In this document: positions 47,988-58,514 of the stretch, in pieces
Position numbering within the stretch: position 1 is the first letter of the stretch
Layout of the letters: every line of letters begins with the position of its first letter
Source of the DNA: Bacteroidota bacterium
GTDB taxonomy: Bacteria > Bacteroidota > Bacteroidia > Bacteroidales > UBA7960
Direction of reading: 5' to 3'
Assembly: GCA_037441525.1 (NCBI GenBank)
Contig: JBBISA010000003.1
Span: forward strand, 25,833 to 89,832
Length of the DNA: 64,000 nt
Position numbers and translations under genes: made by a program
Notes under the pieces: generated by a model
Told to the model about the DNA's origin: nothing
The model's input: the letters and a program-made list of their open reading frames with translations, nothing else
Database searches by the model: none

Positions 47988-48917
47988 ATGACCATCCATC
48001 CGCTTGCCGAAAGATTTTACAGGGCAGAAAACGAAGCCCGAAGGATGAGAAATAATAAACACCGCGACATACTGAGGGATTATTTAACCATCCGTGAATT
48101 CTGCAACTCACTGAAGCTGGGATTTATTGAAAAAAAGGGAGATTCCCGTTTCCCGGCAGTTTACAGATTTTACAGCACTTTTTTTACCCTCCCCAACGAA
48201 ACCGAATCTTTCGAAGGCTTTGAAGCCACCCTGGGTCTCAACAATAATTCAGAACTTTCCTATAAATATGGCCGTTTCAGAGAAGCATGGCTATATTTCT
48301 CTCTACCGGATACTCATGAAATTATTGCAGGGATCAATTTCAGTGTTTACGAATTGGACAAAAATTGCCAGGTTTCACTGCCTTTCAATGCCACAGGCCA
48401 TGTAATTTACATTTTTGTGCAACCCGAATACCGAAGCCTTGGAATTGCCCAGCTTTTGCTCGAGAAGGCCGAAATTTATGCCGGAGAATATATGGATGGC
48501 AGAGAAAAAATACTCTGGTTTTGCGAACAGAATGCCCCTGAAAAAATGACCCCTGACGAATATTTTGCTGATAATGTAAACGCTATGATAGACCAGTGTG
48601 ACAGGTTGATATGGTGGGATAAACTGGGTTACAAGCGATTGCGTTACGATTACATGCAACCCCCCCTTAACCCTGGACAAGAGCCCTGTACTTCACTCAC
48701 CTTTAATGTTAATGCACCTGATGCAGATGCCATACCGGCGTGCCTGGTGCTTTCGCATATTAGCAGGTTCTTTATCCTGGCCGTTTATAAAGGCGACCAA
48801 TCGCGGATTGATTCTATTTACCACAAACAAACTGAATGGCTTGCAAGCCAAAAGGATATAGAGCTCTATGGTGATGCAAGGATGTATATGAGTTTAAAAA
48901 ACAGATTCTATCGATAG
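47988..48917 (+). CDS. GNAT-fold acetyltransferase-like protein
   Basis: YIFVQPEYRSLGIAQLLL (acetyl-CoA motif A), WWDKLGY. Confidence 0.7.
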   Translation: MTIHPLAERFYRAENEARRMRNNKHRDILRDYLTIREFCNSLKLGFIEKKGDSRFPAVYRFYSTFFTLPNETESFEGFEATLGLNNNSELSYKYGRFREAWLYFSLPDTHEIIAGINFSVYELDKNCQVSLPFNATGHVIYIFVQPEYRSLGIAQLLLEKAEIYAGEYMDGREKILWFCEQNAPEKMTPDEYFADNVNAMIDQCDRLIWWDKLGYKRLRYDYMQPPLNPGQEPCTSLTFNVNAPDADAIPACLVLSHISRFFILAVYKGDQSRIDSIYHKQTEWLASQKDIELYGDARMYMSLKNRFYR

Positions 48918-48931
48918 AACCTGGTTTAATA

Positions 48932-50914
48932 CTATCCAGCCTTTACATTGTAAATAAACTCGGCAATTGCCTTTAGCTTTTCAACGCCGGGTTTAATATC
49001 TTCACGTTCCCTCACTGGCATATAATACCAGATAAATTCTGGTTCTTCATAGCCTGTTTCCTGAAAACCATTTACAGCCCAAAATCTTCTTTTGGTAACC
49101 GAACTTCCTTCCTTATTGCCCAGGGGAACAGGAGCCAGCAAATAATCAAGAGAGTAATTGCGATTAATAAATGCATCGTTACGTATCAATTGCATGGAAT
49201 GATTGAGCAGGTTTTTACCGATTCCCTGGTTTCGGAAGGCTTCTGAAACCGCAATACTATCCACAATTCCACATCGATATTGAGGTAGATAAAATACAGC
49301 ACACCCGCCAGGTACCTGCCCCGATTCATCAACCGCAAGGGTAAAATAGAATCTGAAAGTGCCCTCGGTAGTTTTTAAAAGGTTGAAAATCCTGTCGAGT
49401 GTAAGCGCTGACTTTTGCGATGCAAACACATCAAGATAGGTCTCGGCATAAAAATTACACAAGTATTTAACTGTGATTTTATCAGTCATATTAACCTTGC
49501 CCATCCTGAAACTTGCTTCCTTCACAATAAAATAATTATCAAAAGTATCGAGTATCTCGCCAATAGAATAAGGTGATGATGTTGACAAATTGTATTTAAA
49601 CCACTCGCCTGATTCACCCTTTTTCATTACTTCAAGTTTTTCAAGGAAAAGCTTTTCAATATAAGAATTCATTGCAAGGCAAAAGCTGTATTTGCGCACC
49701 TTGAATTCAGGATGCGAGGCAATAGATTCAAAGTGTCGAAAGCATTTATCGATAAGCGAGTGGGCCAGAAAATTGTAGTTTTCTGTATCGGCCAGATTGG
49801 CGTGTTCGAAAAAGGTGAGCGACTTTCGGGGTGTAAATCCGGGGTTGGCTGCATCGCTAAGCCCGAACATAATCCACAGGTAAGCGGAAAAGAAATAGTT
49901 TTCGGCTTTAAGGTTGGTTTTAATATCAAAATCAATTAGTTCAAGAAGATATGGAATCCCAAGGTGGTCGGCGGTTAATCGCTTCAAAAAAGGAATACAG
50001 CGATGGTCAACCTTCTCATGACAGAAGGTGTAATACTCTGAAGTATCACACAACTTACCCTTAATAGAACAATTGTAGCCAAACTTTTTATACCCTATGG
50101 TTTCAGCATCGTGTGAAAAGGTATTCCATATTTCCACCCCCTTTTCGCGATTCTTCAGGATAACATTAACCGAATTCGACTCATCTCCAAATCCATATTG
50201 TATCAGTTTGTAGGTATCATTGGCATATTTGATCTGATAGCTTGGCCCCCACATAAGCCAGTTGTAGGTAAAATAGAGTTCCTGTGGCAAAATAGCGCTT
50301 TCCGGGGGTAAATCGTCACTAAAAGCGGTAAAGTAGTTGCCGAGAATCTTTACCCAATCTTCATCATAACGGTCGTTTAGACCAGTAATAAAGGTAATGG
50401 GAACAATATACCCTTCACTTACTTCCAGATTGGTAATGAATGAAATCGGTTCAGTTGTTGGAATGGCAAATTTGCCTGATGCCTTGTTTTGCCTGAAATA
50501 ATTATAGTAGTCTTTTATAGAATCGTTAAACTCGGTGGTTACCAAATCGAAAGGAGTATCGATTTGAATGGTATAATCTCCTGATGCATCGTTATCATCA
50601 ATAAACTTTTTAAATGTTCTGCGCAAATCCTTCCACCATTTGGCATCCTGATGCATGCCCTGGCTTTTAATAATTGCCAGCTCAATATAAATTCTTATAT
50701 ATTTTCGGGGGCTTTTATAACAGATGAGCAGGATACGAATTATTTCGGAATGGTAAAGTCCCAGGCCTGTCAATAGAGAGCGAAGCGGACGAATGTAAGG
50801 TAGCATGAACAAAAACAGGGTAGCAAAAATAGTAAAAAGCAGAATGAAAAACTGCATGTAGTTATTGATGTAATCCAATACATCGCCGATGGAATAAAAC
50901 AGTTCTGATATCAT
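48932..50914 (-). CDS. Hypothetical protein: N-terminal TM anchor, unknown central domain, C-terminal GNAT domain
   Basis: TM 'FFILLFTIFATLFLFMLP'; IAVSEAFRNQGIGKNLL, FWAVNGF. Confidence 0.65.
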   Translation of the reverse strand: MISELFYSIGDVLDYINNYMQFFILLFTIFATLFLFMLPYIRPLRSLLTGLGLYHSEIIRILLICYKSPRKYIRIYIELAIIKSQGMHQDAKWWKDLRRTFKKFIDDNDASGDYTIQIDTPFDLVTTEFNDSIKDYYNYFRQNKASGKFAIPTTEPISFITNLEVSEGYIVPITFITGLNDRYDEDWVKILGNYFTAFSDDLPPESAILPQELYFTYNWLMWGPSYQIKYANDTYKLIQYGFGDESNSVNVILKNREKGVEIWNTFSHDAETIGYKKFGYNCSIKGKLCDTSEYYTFCHEKVDHRCIPFLKRLTADHLGIPYLLELIDFDIKTNLKAENYFFSAYLWIMFGLSDAANPGFTPRKSLTFFEHANLADTENYNFLAHSLIDKCFRHFESIASHPEFKVRKYSFCLAMNSYIEKLFLEKLEVMKKGESGEWFKYNLSTSSPYSIGEILDTFDNYFIVKEASFRMGKVNMTDKITVKYLCNFYAETYLDVFASQKSALTLDRIFNLLKTTEGTFRFYFTLAVDESGQVPGGCAVFYLPQYRCGIVDSIAVSEAFRNQGIGKNLLNHSMQLIRNDAFINRNYSLDYLLAPVPLGNKEGSSVTKRRFWAVNGFQETGYEEPEFIWYYMPVREREDIKPGVEKLKAIAEFIYNVKAG

Positions 50915-51122
50915 GCGTTAGCAGGTTTTAATATTACTTAACCTTTATCACAGACAAATGTAAACCAATATTGGATGAAGGGAATAAAATATCACTTCGC
51001 CAATCAAGAAAATGAACTTTATATATCCAGTTTGTCAATAATTTCCTTTACATCCAATCCGCCAGAGAAATTTGTAATTTTGGACACTTCATTGGTTTAG
51101 CACCTTTAAATTCCAAAATTCT

Positions 51123-53174
51123 ATGTCAACCAACCTAAAAACATTTATCCTGGCCATGTCAGTTGTAATTGCAGCCTGCAACAATCCGGGCAAACACGAA
51201 TTAAAACCCGAAGCCGGCAATATTGGCCAGGCTGTAATCGACCATACTGTAACCATAGTTGTTGAAAAAGCAGGGTCAGCGCAGTTAGACCAAATCAAGA
51301 GGGGTATTACTCAGGTAGCTGCCCTGTGGAACGAAACCGACGGCACTACCGCTGATTTCACAACGTTTTGTTTGGAAAACTATCAGGCTGATGCCGACTC
51401 CAGAAAAAAACTATTCGAAACCCTGTCAAGAAACTTTGAAGCCATGTGGGGTCACAGCGACCAGATTAGCGTTGAGTTCAACAAGGCTCTTCATCTTGAC
51501 TGGGGCCCGCTGGAACCGGTTGATCTGGTTTTTGCCAGTTATTCACCTATGGCTCATTTCTACGATGATTTCTTTAAGAACAAAATTGCCTTTATTACCA
51601 TTTTGAACTTCCCCTTTTATTCCCTGGCTGAAAAAAGCGCCATAGCGCCGGCTTTAACAAGACTCGAATGGGCGTACCTGCGAATGGGTGATATTTTTAT
51701 TTCAAGGATACCTGCGTCTATAAGTCAGCAAATATCAAAAATATCTACCGAAAGCGATAGCTATATCTCGGAATATTATATAAGGATGGATCAATTGCGA
51801 AATGAACAGGATGAACAACTTTTCCCATCCAACATGAGTCTGATTACTCACTGGGGTTTGCGCGACGAGATAAAAGCCAATTATGGGAAGCCAAGCGGTC
51901 TGCCCAGGCAGGAAATCATTTATCAGGTAATGCAAAGAATCATCCATCAGGACATTCCAGCAAAAGTCATCAACAACCCTGATATGCAATGGAATCCTTA
52001 CAGCAACATGGTTTATACCGATGGCACCTGGAAGGCCATGGAGCGTGAGCCCGACACAAGATATCGGCAATTGCTCAATAACTTCAGAGCCCACAGAGCA
52101 GCCGACTCTTTTCATCCCAATTATCCAACCTATATCCAAAGGGCTTTCGACCAGGGACTTGAACTATCTATGGATGAAGTGGAACTGCTCTTTGCCGAAG
52201 CCTTGGGCTCACCGGTATTGAAGGAAACAGGAGCACTGATAAGCCAGCGGCTTGGCCGGCCTTTAAGGCCCTACGATATCTGGTACGACGGGTTCAAAGC
52301 CCGGAGTGCTATTCCGGCCGAAAAACTAAATGCCACCACTCAGAAACTCTATCAAAACGCTGCGGCCTTTGAGAAGGATATGCCCAACCTGCTTGCTAAA
52401 CTGGGCTATAACCAAGAAAGAGCGCAATACATTGCATCAAAAATAACCGTTGAGGGCTCACGGGGTGCCGGACATGCGTGGCCTGCCCAGATGCGGTCGC
52501 AAAAATCGAGGCTGCGCACACGAATCCCGGAAGGTGGAATGGACTATAAAGGATACAACATTGCTATTCATGAATTCGGACATAATGTTGAGCAAACAGT
52601 TTCGCTTTATGATGTTGATTATTATATGCTTCGCAGTGTTCCCAACACAGCTTTTACTGAAGCGCTGGCTTTTATCTACCAGTCGCGCGACCTGCAATTG
52701 CTCGGCATGAAGATCACCAACTCTGAAGCAACTTATCTGAGTACACTTGACAAGCTCTGGAGTACCTGCGAAATTATGGGAGTGGCCATGGTTGATATGA
52801 CTGTGTGGCGTTGGATGTATAATAATCCCGATGCAACCCCTGAACAATTGCGTTTAGAAACAATCCGCATTGCCAAAGAGGTTTGGAATAAATGGTTCGA
52901 ACCGGTATTTGGTATTGCTGATGAGCCAATCTTAGCCATTTATTCGCACATGATAAGCTACCCATTATATCTGGCCGCTTATCCGTTGGGTCATTTGATT
53001 GAATTCCAGATTGAGCAGCAAATTACAGGAAAAAATCTGGCTCTGGAAACCGACAGGATGTTCAAGGCTGGACGGATTACCCCTCAGGACTGGATGCAAC
53101 TTGCTGTAAATGAAAAACTATCTGCACAACATCTTTTACAGGCATCAGCCGAAGCCTTAAAGGCTCTCAAATAA
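51123..53174 (+). CDS. Lipoprotein zinc metallopeptidase, gluzincin (M3/M32-like)
   Basis: Lipobox IAAC; HEFGH, downstream FTEAL, HMISYPLYLAAY. Confidence 0.7.
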   Translation: MSTNLKTFILAMSVVIAACNNPGKHELKPEAGNIGQAVIDHTVTIVVEKAGSAQLDQIKRGITQVAALWNETDGTTADFTTFCLENYQADADSRKKLFETLSRNFEAMWGHSDQISVEFNKALHLDWGPLEPVDLVFASYSPMAHFYDDFFKNKIAFITILNFPFYSLAEKSAIAPALTRLEWAYLRMGDIFISRIPASISQQISKISTESDSYISEYYIRMDQLRNEQDEQLFPSNMSLITHWGLRDEIKANYGKPSGLPRQEIIYQVMQRIIHQDIPAKVINNPDMQWNPYSNMVYTDGTWKAMEREPDTRYRQLLNNFRAHRAADSFHPNYPTYIQRAFDQGLELSMDEVELLFAEALGSPVLKETGALISQRLGRPLRPYDIWYDGFKARSAIPAEKLNATTQKLYQNAAAFEKDMPNLLAKLGYNQERAQYIASKITVEGSRGAGHAWPAQMRSQKSRLRTRIPEGGMDYKGYNIAIHEFGHNVEQTVSLYDVDYYMLRSVPNTAFTEALAFIYQSRDLQLLGMKITNSEATYLSTLDKLWSTCEIMGVAMVDMTVWRWMYNNPDATPEQLRLETIRIAKEVWNKWFEPVFGIADEPILAIYSHMISYPLYLAAYPLGHLIEFQIEQQITGKNLALETDRMFKAGRITPQDWMQLAVNEKLSAQHLLQASAEALKALK

Positions 53175-53197
53175 CAGAATAATCAGATTTTTTAAGC

Positions 53198-53235
53198 AAA
53201 ACCCTGTTTCAGAGCCGATGCTGAAACAGGGTTTT
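53198..53235. terminator. Bidirectional terminator between the peptidase and purN
   Basis: AAAACCCTGTTTCAG / CTGAAACAGGGTTTT 15-bp inverted repeat. Confidence 0.85.
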
Positions 53236-53256
53236 ATTATTAAGGTCAGTCTGTGA

Positions 53257-53853
53257 TCAGTTATTCATAAACGTATTCTCAATTACTTTTTCGATTAAAA
53301 CCGGGAAATGCTCATACTCCAGCGCATGTATCCTTTTAGCAAGTGATTCAGGGGTATCATTTTCCATAACCGCACATTCAGCCTGAAAAATCACATCCCC
53401 CTCATCGTAATGGTCGTTAATAAAATGAATAGTGATCCCCGATTTCTTCTCTCCTGCTTCAATTACAGCTTTATGAACACGCTCCCCATACATACCTTTG
53501 CCACCAAATTTTGGGAGCAGTGCCGGGTGAATATTAACCATTCTGGCAGCAAATTGCTTTACCATCCAGGAAGGAATCAGTAACAAATAACCGGCAAGCA
53601 CAATAAAATCAATCTTGTTTTCTTTAAGTAATTCATCAACGTTATCTTTTTCCTTCCATGCTGGTCCGGGAATAACCGCAGCAGGAACTCCCAATCTGGA
53701 AGCCCTCCTCAGTACGCCGGCATCGACCTTATTGCTGATAACCAGTGCAACACGTATCGTTGGATGAGATGAAAAATACCTGATGATATTTTCAGCATTG
53801 GTACCGCTTCCCGATGCTAAGATAGCTATATTGACATGGCTCTGCAATGGCAT
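53257..53853 (-). CDS. purN: Phosphoribosylglycinamide formyltransferase
   Basis: ASGSGTNA, LAGYL, NIHPALLPKFGG, GITIH..YDEG. Confidence 0.96.
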   Translation of the reverse strand: MPLQSHVNIAILASGSGTNAENIIRYFSSHPTIRVALVISNKVDAGVLRRASRLGVPAAVIPGPAWKEKDNVDELLKENKIDFIVLAGYLLLIPSWMVKQFAARMVNIHPALLPKFGGKGMYGERVHKAVIEAGEKKSGITIHFINDHYDEGDVIFQAECAVMENDTPESLAKRIHALEYEHFPVLIEKVIENTFMNN

Positions 53854-54287
53854 TATAAAACAGATATTGGAAACTTAAAACTATTGGGTAATCATCAAGG
53901 ATTCTGAAACCAATTTCAGAGTCTTCAAAAATAGATAAAATACCCGCAATTGATTGCACAAACGATTAAAACCTGAAAAGTTTTACCATGGCAAATGCAA
54001 AATAAAGTGTTAAAGCCTGTTTTTCAGGTAAAAAGCAATCAAAAACAACTATGAACAATGCTATCGATTGCAGCCTTCTGAACAAGCTGGTTAATAAATT
54101 GATTTTCTTATGATTACCCTCTGTTTTTTATTCTTCTATGCTATCTGTAAAACCTTCATGATTATTGCTCACAAAAGGGTTTAAATCAATGTATTGCAGC
54201 GCATTATGAAAAAAAGGGTAAAAAAAGTTGCGTATGAGAATTTTTGTTTTTTTCTTTGCAGTCTGTTTAACAAAAAAAGGAGAAAAC

Positions 54288-54524
54288 ATGTCTGACATTT
54301 CAACAAGAGTTAAAGCTATCATTGTTGATAAGCTTGGCGTAGACGAAAAAGAAGTAACCCCAGAAGCAAGTTTTACCAACGACTTGGGAGCTGATTCATT
54401 GGATACCGTAGAGCTTATTATGGAATTCGAGAAAGAATTTAACATTGCCATTCCTGATGACCAAGCTGAAAAAATCAGCACTGTAGGTGATGCTGTTGCC
54501 TACATTGAAAACAACAACAAGTAA
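54288..54524 (+). CDS. acpP: Acyl carrier protein
   Basis: [17 protein letters not shown]; ATG 54288. Confidence 0.97.
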   Translation: MSDISTRVKAIIVDKLGVDEKEVTPEASFTNDLGADSLDTVELIMEFEKEFNIAIPDDQAEKISTVGDAVAYIENNNK

Positions 54525-54542
54525 AACTTAACCAGTTTTTTA

Positions 54543-55793
54543 ATGAAACTCAGAAGAGTAGTCGTTACAGGACTTGGCGCTCTTACACCCATAGGCAACA
54601 CCGTTCCGGAATTCTGGAACGGTTTGCTTAATGGAGCCAACGGTGCCGGACCTATCACCCGGTTTGACACATCCAAATTCAAAACACAATTTGCCTGCGA
54701 AGTAAAAGGTTTCAACTACCTCGACCATTTCGACCGTAAAGAAGGCAGGAAATACGACCCGTTTGCACAATATGCGCTGGTTGCAGCTGATGAGGCTATT
54801 AAAGATGCAGGACTCGACGAATTTAAGCCCGACCCCGACCGTGTAGGTGTTATCTGGGGAAGCGGTATTGGCGGTTTAGATACATTCCTTAAAGAAATTA
54901 TCGATTTTGCCAAAGGAGACGGCACACCCCGATTTAGCCCATTTTTTATCCCCAAGATGATTGCCGACATTGCGGCCGGCCATATATCCATCAGATACGG
55001 TTTCAGAGGCCCCAACTTCACCACTACATCTGCCTGTGCATCAGCAGCCAATGCATTGGTTGATTCACTGAACTACATCCGCCTCGGAAAAGCCGATATT
55101 TTTATAAGTGGTGGTTCGGAAGCGGCTGTAAACGAGGCCGGACTTGGGGGATTCAACGCTCTTACAGCATTATCAGTGCGCAATGATGATTATCTTACAG
55201 CATCACGGCCATTCGATAAAGACCGCGATGGCTTCGTTCTTGGCGAAGGTGCAGGCGCACTTGTTTTCGAAGAACTGGAGCATGCACTTGCCCGTGGTGC
55301 AAAAATCTATGCTGAAGTAGTTGGCGGAGGCTTATCAGCCGATGCATACCATATGACAGGCCCTCACCCCGAAGGTTTGGGTGCCCGCAATGTTATGAAG
55401 TATACCCTGCAAGATGCAGGTATTAAACCCGAAGATGTTGACCACATTAATACCCATGGCACTTCTACCCCTCTTGGTGATATTGCCGAACCTAAGGCTA
55501 TTGTTGACCTCTTTGGTGACCATGCAACTAAAATCAGCATCAATTCAACCAAATCAATGACTGGTCACCTTTTGGGTGCCGCCGGAGCTGCCGAAGCCAT
55601 TGCAGCTATTTTGGCAGTCAAAAATGATATTGTACCACCTACAATCAATCATTTTACCGATGACCCCGAAATTCCAAATCTGGACTTCACGTTCCATAAA
55701 GCCAGAAAGCGTACTGTGAACATAGCCATGAGCAATACCTTTGGTTTTGGCGGACACAACGCCTGTATTGCATTTAAGAAATTTACAGAATAG
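54543..55793 (+). CDS. fabF: 3-oxoacyl-ACP synthase II
   Basis: TSACASA, INTHGTSTP.GD, KSMTGHLLGAAG, SNTFGFGGHN. Confidence 0.97.
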   Translation: MKLRRVVVTGLGALTPIGNTVPEFWNGLLNGANGAGPITRFDTSKFKTQFACEVKGFNYLDHFDRKEGRKYDPFAQYALVAADEAIKDAGLDEFKPDPDRVGVIWGSGIGGLDTFLKEIIDFAKGDGTPRFSPFFIPKMIADIAAGHISIRYGFRGPNFTTTSACASAANALVDSLNYIRLGKADIFISGGSEAAVNEAGLGGFNALTALSVRNDDYLTASRPFDKDRDGFVLGEGAGALVFEELEHALARGAKIYAEVVGGGLSADAYHMTGPHPEGLGARNVMKYTLQDAGIKPEDVDHINTHGTSTPLGDIAEPKAIVDLFGDHATKISINSTKSMTGHLLGAAGAAEAIAAILAVKNDIVPPTINHFTDDPEIPNLDFTFHKARKRTVNIAMSNTFGFGGHNACIAFKKFTE

Positions 55794-55797
55794 AAAT

Positions 55798-56538
55798 CTG
55801 ACTGTTTTGTCACTTTTCAGATCATTCTTCAGCCGTAAAAGAAAAAGCGACCAGCAACTGGAGCGCGCGCTGAAAAATATATTCGGATTCAAGCCACGGA
55901 ATATTTCTCTTTACAAACTTGCCTTCAGGCACAAATCGGTGGCTCAACCCGAAAACAACGGATTCAGGCACAGCAACGAAAGATTGGAATATCTTGGCGA
56001 TGCTGTGCTTGGTTCTTGTGTGGCCGATTTCCTTTTTAAAAAGTATCCTTATAAAGATGAAGGTTTTCTCACTGAAATCCGCTCCAGAATTGTAAGCCGG
56101 CAAAACCTCAATTCTCTTTCGCGCAAACTGGGAATCGATAAACTGGTTCAAACCAGCCGCGAAAACCAAATGACCGGCACATCAATACTGGGTGATGCCT
56201 TCGAAGCATTTATCGGCGCCTTGTACCTCGATAAAGGTTACCGGTTTACTTACCGGATTGTGGTGAGCAAAATCATTCAAAACCATATTGATCTTGATGA
56301 ACTGGTGGTGAAAGAAATAAATTTTAAAAGCAAACTTATTGAGTGGGCGCAGAAAGAAAAGAAAGAGCTTGAGTTTGAACTGGCCGAAGAGACCGAGAAC
56401 AGCCGAAAAATGCGCATTTATCACATTAATCTTCGAATCGATAACCAGCTAATTGCCCAGGGGCAGGATTACTCCATCAAAAAAGCGGAACAGAGTGCCG
56501 CTGCCCAGGCCTGGGAAAAACTTTTCTCTGAATTATAA
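55798..56538 (+). CDS. rnc: Ribonuclease III
   Basis: NERLEYLGDAVL, GDAFEAFIGALYLD, C-terminal dsRBD; no ATG, so start is probably CTG 55798 or TTG 55807. Confidence 0.93.
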   Translation: MTVLSLFRSFFSRKRKSDQQLERALKNIFGFKPRNISLYKLAFRHKSVAQPENNGFRHSNERLEYLGDAVLGSCVADFLFKKYPYKDEGFLTEIRSRIVSRQNLNSLSRKLGIDKLVQTSRENQMTGTSILGDAFEAFIGALYLDKGYRFTYRIVVSKIIQNHIDLDELVVKEINFKSKLIEWAQKEKKELEFELAEETENSRKMRIYHINLRIDNQLIAQGQDYSIKKAEQSAAAQAWEKLFSEL

Positions 56539-56545
56539 CTCCCTC

Positions 56546-57979
56546 CTAAAGGTCTTTTATCAGCCGGTTTTCGGGCATCTTTTCAAGGGTATTGTTAAAC
56601 AGCCACAAGGTTTGTTTTATCTTTTCAATCTCCTGAGTATCTCTGGCCAAAATAACATCCATCCCTTTGTGATCGAGTTTATGCAAAACGCTCCTGACAG
56701 AAACCTTATGAATATCGGTGGCAGGTTGCCAGGCATTTTCTTTATGATGATCTGATTTGGTTTCGCTGATCAGTTTTATTTCGTTAAGATCGTCGAGCAC
56801 TTCGCGAATGAGTTTTATAGGTATTTCAAGCTCATGCGACAATTGTGGAGGAGTAAGTGGTGAATCGCCCGCTTCAAAGCGCTTTGCAATGGCATTATAT
56901 ACAAACAATGATAAAATTTTTCTATTGTAGGGGCTTATATTTTTTGATTCATTCTCAAATTCGTAATATTCCACGTTCTGGTTGGCAAAAGAAATCTCAG
57001 CCCCAAACAAAACAATAAGCCAGCTAAGCCTTATCCATAAAAGCAAAAGAGGTAGCGCGGCAAAACTACCATAAATAGCATTGTATCGCGAAACCCCCAC
57101 CTGAAAATAAATATAGGCCCATTGAATCACAATGAAAATGCTTCCGGCAATAATTGCACCGATAAGAGCTGAACTTAGCTTTACGTTGGTATTGGGCATT
57201 ACCATATAGAGCAAGGTAAACACAATCCAAATGAAAACGTATGGGGTAAGATTGACCAGAAATAAAATGGTAGGCTCCATGAAATCAAGCACATTCAGTT
57301 GTTCCATAACCAGCGAAATCTGTGTAGTTACGAAAACCGATGCTGTGCTTGATAAAATTAGGAAAATTGGTGCAACGAAAATCATGGCAAAATAATCACT
57401 TACCTTGCGTGCAAAAGGACGTGACTGTTTTATTTGCCAGATTCCATTGAATGCCTCTTCCACATACACCATCACAATAATGATGGTGTAAAGCAAAATT
57501 GCCAACCCTACCCCCGCTACTACTCCACCTTGTGTGGTTTGAAGCATAGAATTGGCAAACTCCATAATGTAAACATAAACGTCTTCCCTGCCGGTAAAGG
57601 CTTCTTTTAATTGTCTGTCGAGAAAGGCTTCCAGACCAAAACCCTTGGCAATACCAAAGCCCATTGCAACAACCGGAACTATTGCCAGAAGGGTATAGTA
57701 GGTGAGGGCCGATGCACGCAGATGAAGTGCATCCTCCTTAAACCCCCGAAAGGCAAGAATAAATATTCGCAATTGTTTTATCAGGAAAGATTTCCGCGGT
57801 GGAAGATCCTTTAATGGGATTTTCCAGACATCGCGCTCTATAAAATTAGTGGCCTCCTTAACCCAGGCCATGATCTTTTCTCGGCGGTTCATATCACTAC
57901 TTTTTATCAAACCCGAATCATTTGATTCAAATTCCATGAATTTATACGTAAAATCTGCAAAAGGGTTAGCGCTGTTCAA
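56546..57979 (-). CDS. YihY/BrkB family membrane protein with C-terminal winged-helix extension
   Basis: RASALTYYTLLAIVP, YNAIYGSFAALPLLLLW..LFGAE; start uncertain (ATG 57937 or 57892). Confidence 0.88.
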   Translation of the reverse strand: MNSANPFADFTYKFMEFESNDSGLIKSSDMNRREKIMAWVKEATNFIERDVWKIPLKDLPPRKSFLIKQLRIFILAFRGFKEDALHLRASALTYYTLLAIVPVVAMGFGIAKGFGLEAFLDRQLKEAFTGREDVYVYIMEFANSMLQTTQGGVVAGVGLAILLYTIIIVMVYVEEAFNGIWQIKQSRPFARKVSDYFAMIFVAPIFLILSSTASVFVTTQISLVMEQLNVLDFMEPTILFLVNLTPYVFIWIVFTLLYMVMPNTNVKLSSALIGAIIAGSIFIVIQWAYIYFQVGVSRYNAIYGSFAALPLLLLWIRLSWLIVLFGAEISFANQNVEYYEFENESKNISPYNRKILSLFVYNAIAKRFEAGDSPLTPPQLSHELEIPIKLIREVLDDLNEIKLISETKSDHHKENAWQPATDIHKVSVRSVLHKLDHKGMDVILARDTQEIEKIKQTLWLFNNTLEKMPENRLIKDL

Positions 57980-58514
57980 ATTTACAGGTTTGAAGCCTGA
58001 CCAAAGTATTATTTTGGTTTCTTTTGGACATCATTAAAAACTTTGAAAACTTTCCTGAAGAATTTAAGCCTCGCTGAACTTACAAACTTGGTTCAATCGT
58101 CATTTAGTTTAACACATCACGCTCGTTTCATATCATATATGCTGGTGTCATTCTGGTTTAGGATGTTCGCGATGATTTAAACGGACTATTACCTATAATG
58201 AGATACTCGCACACAAGGCCTGGTTATCAGCCAACAACGCTAAAACCCTTTTGTTGGCAGTAATTATACGGAATATTTTTTTAAAAGGAGCACTCTGCAT
58301 TATCCCCCACGAATACTTGTTCCTTCGATAAAAAAGAAAGTTTTGATTGGTGAAATGGATAAAAAACAATTTGGTAAATTTGGCCTGACCAATGACGAAT
58401 TGGAATTTTTAACCACCTGAATTAGTGATGTTTGAAAAATATTAGTCAAAATTTTTAAAAAAGGCAGAAACTGATAGTTTGGTGCCAAAAGAAAAAGAAT
58501 TTAATTATATCGAA

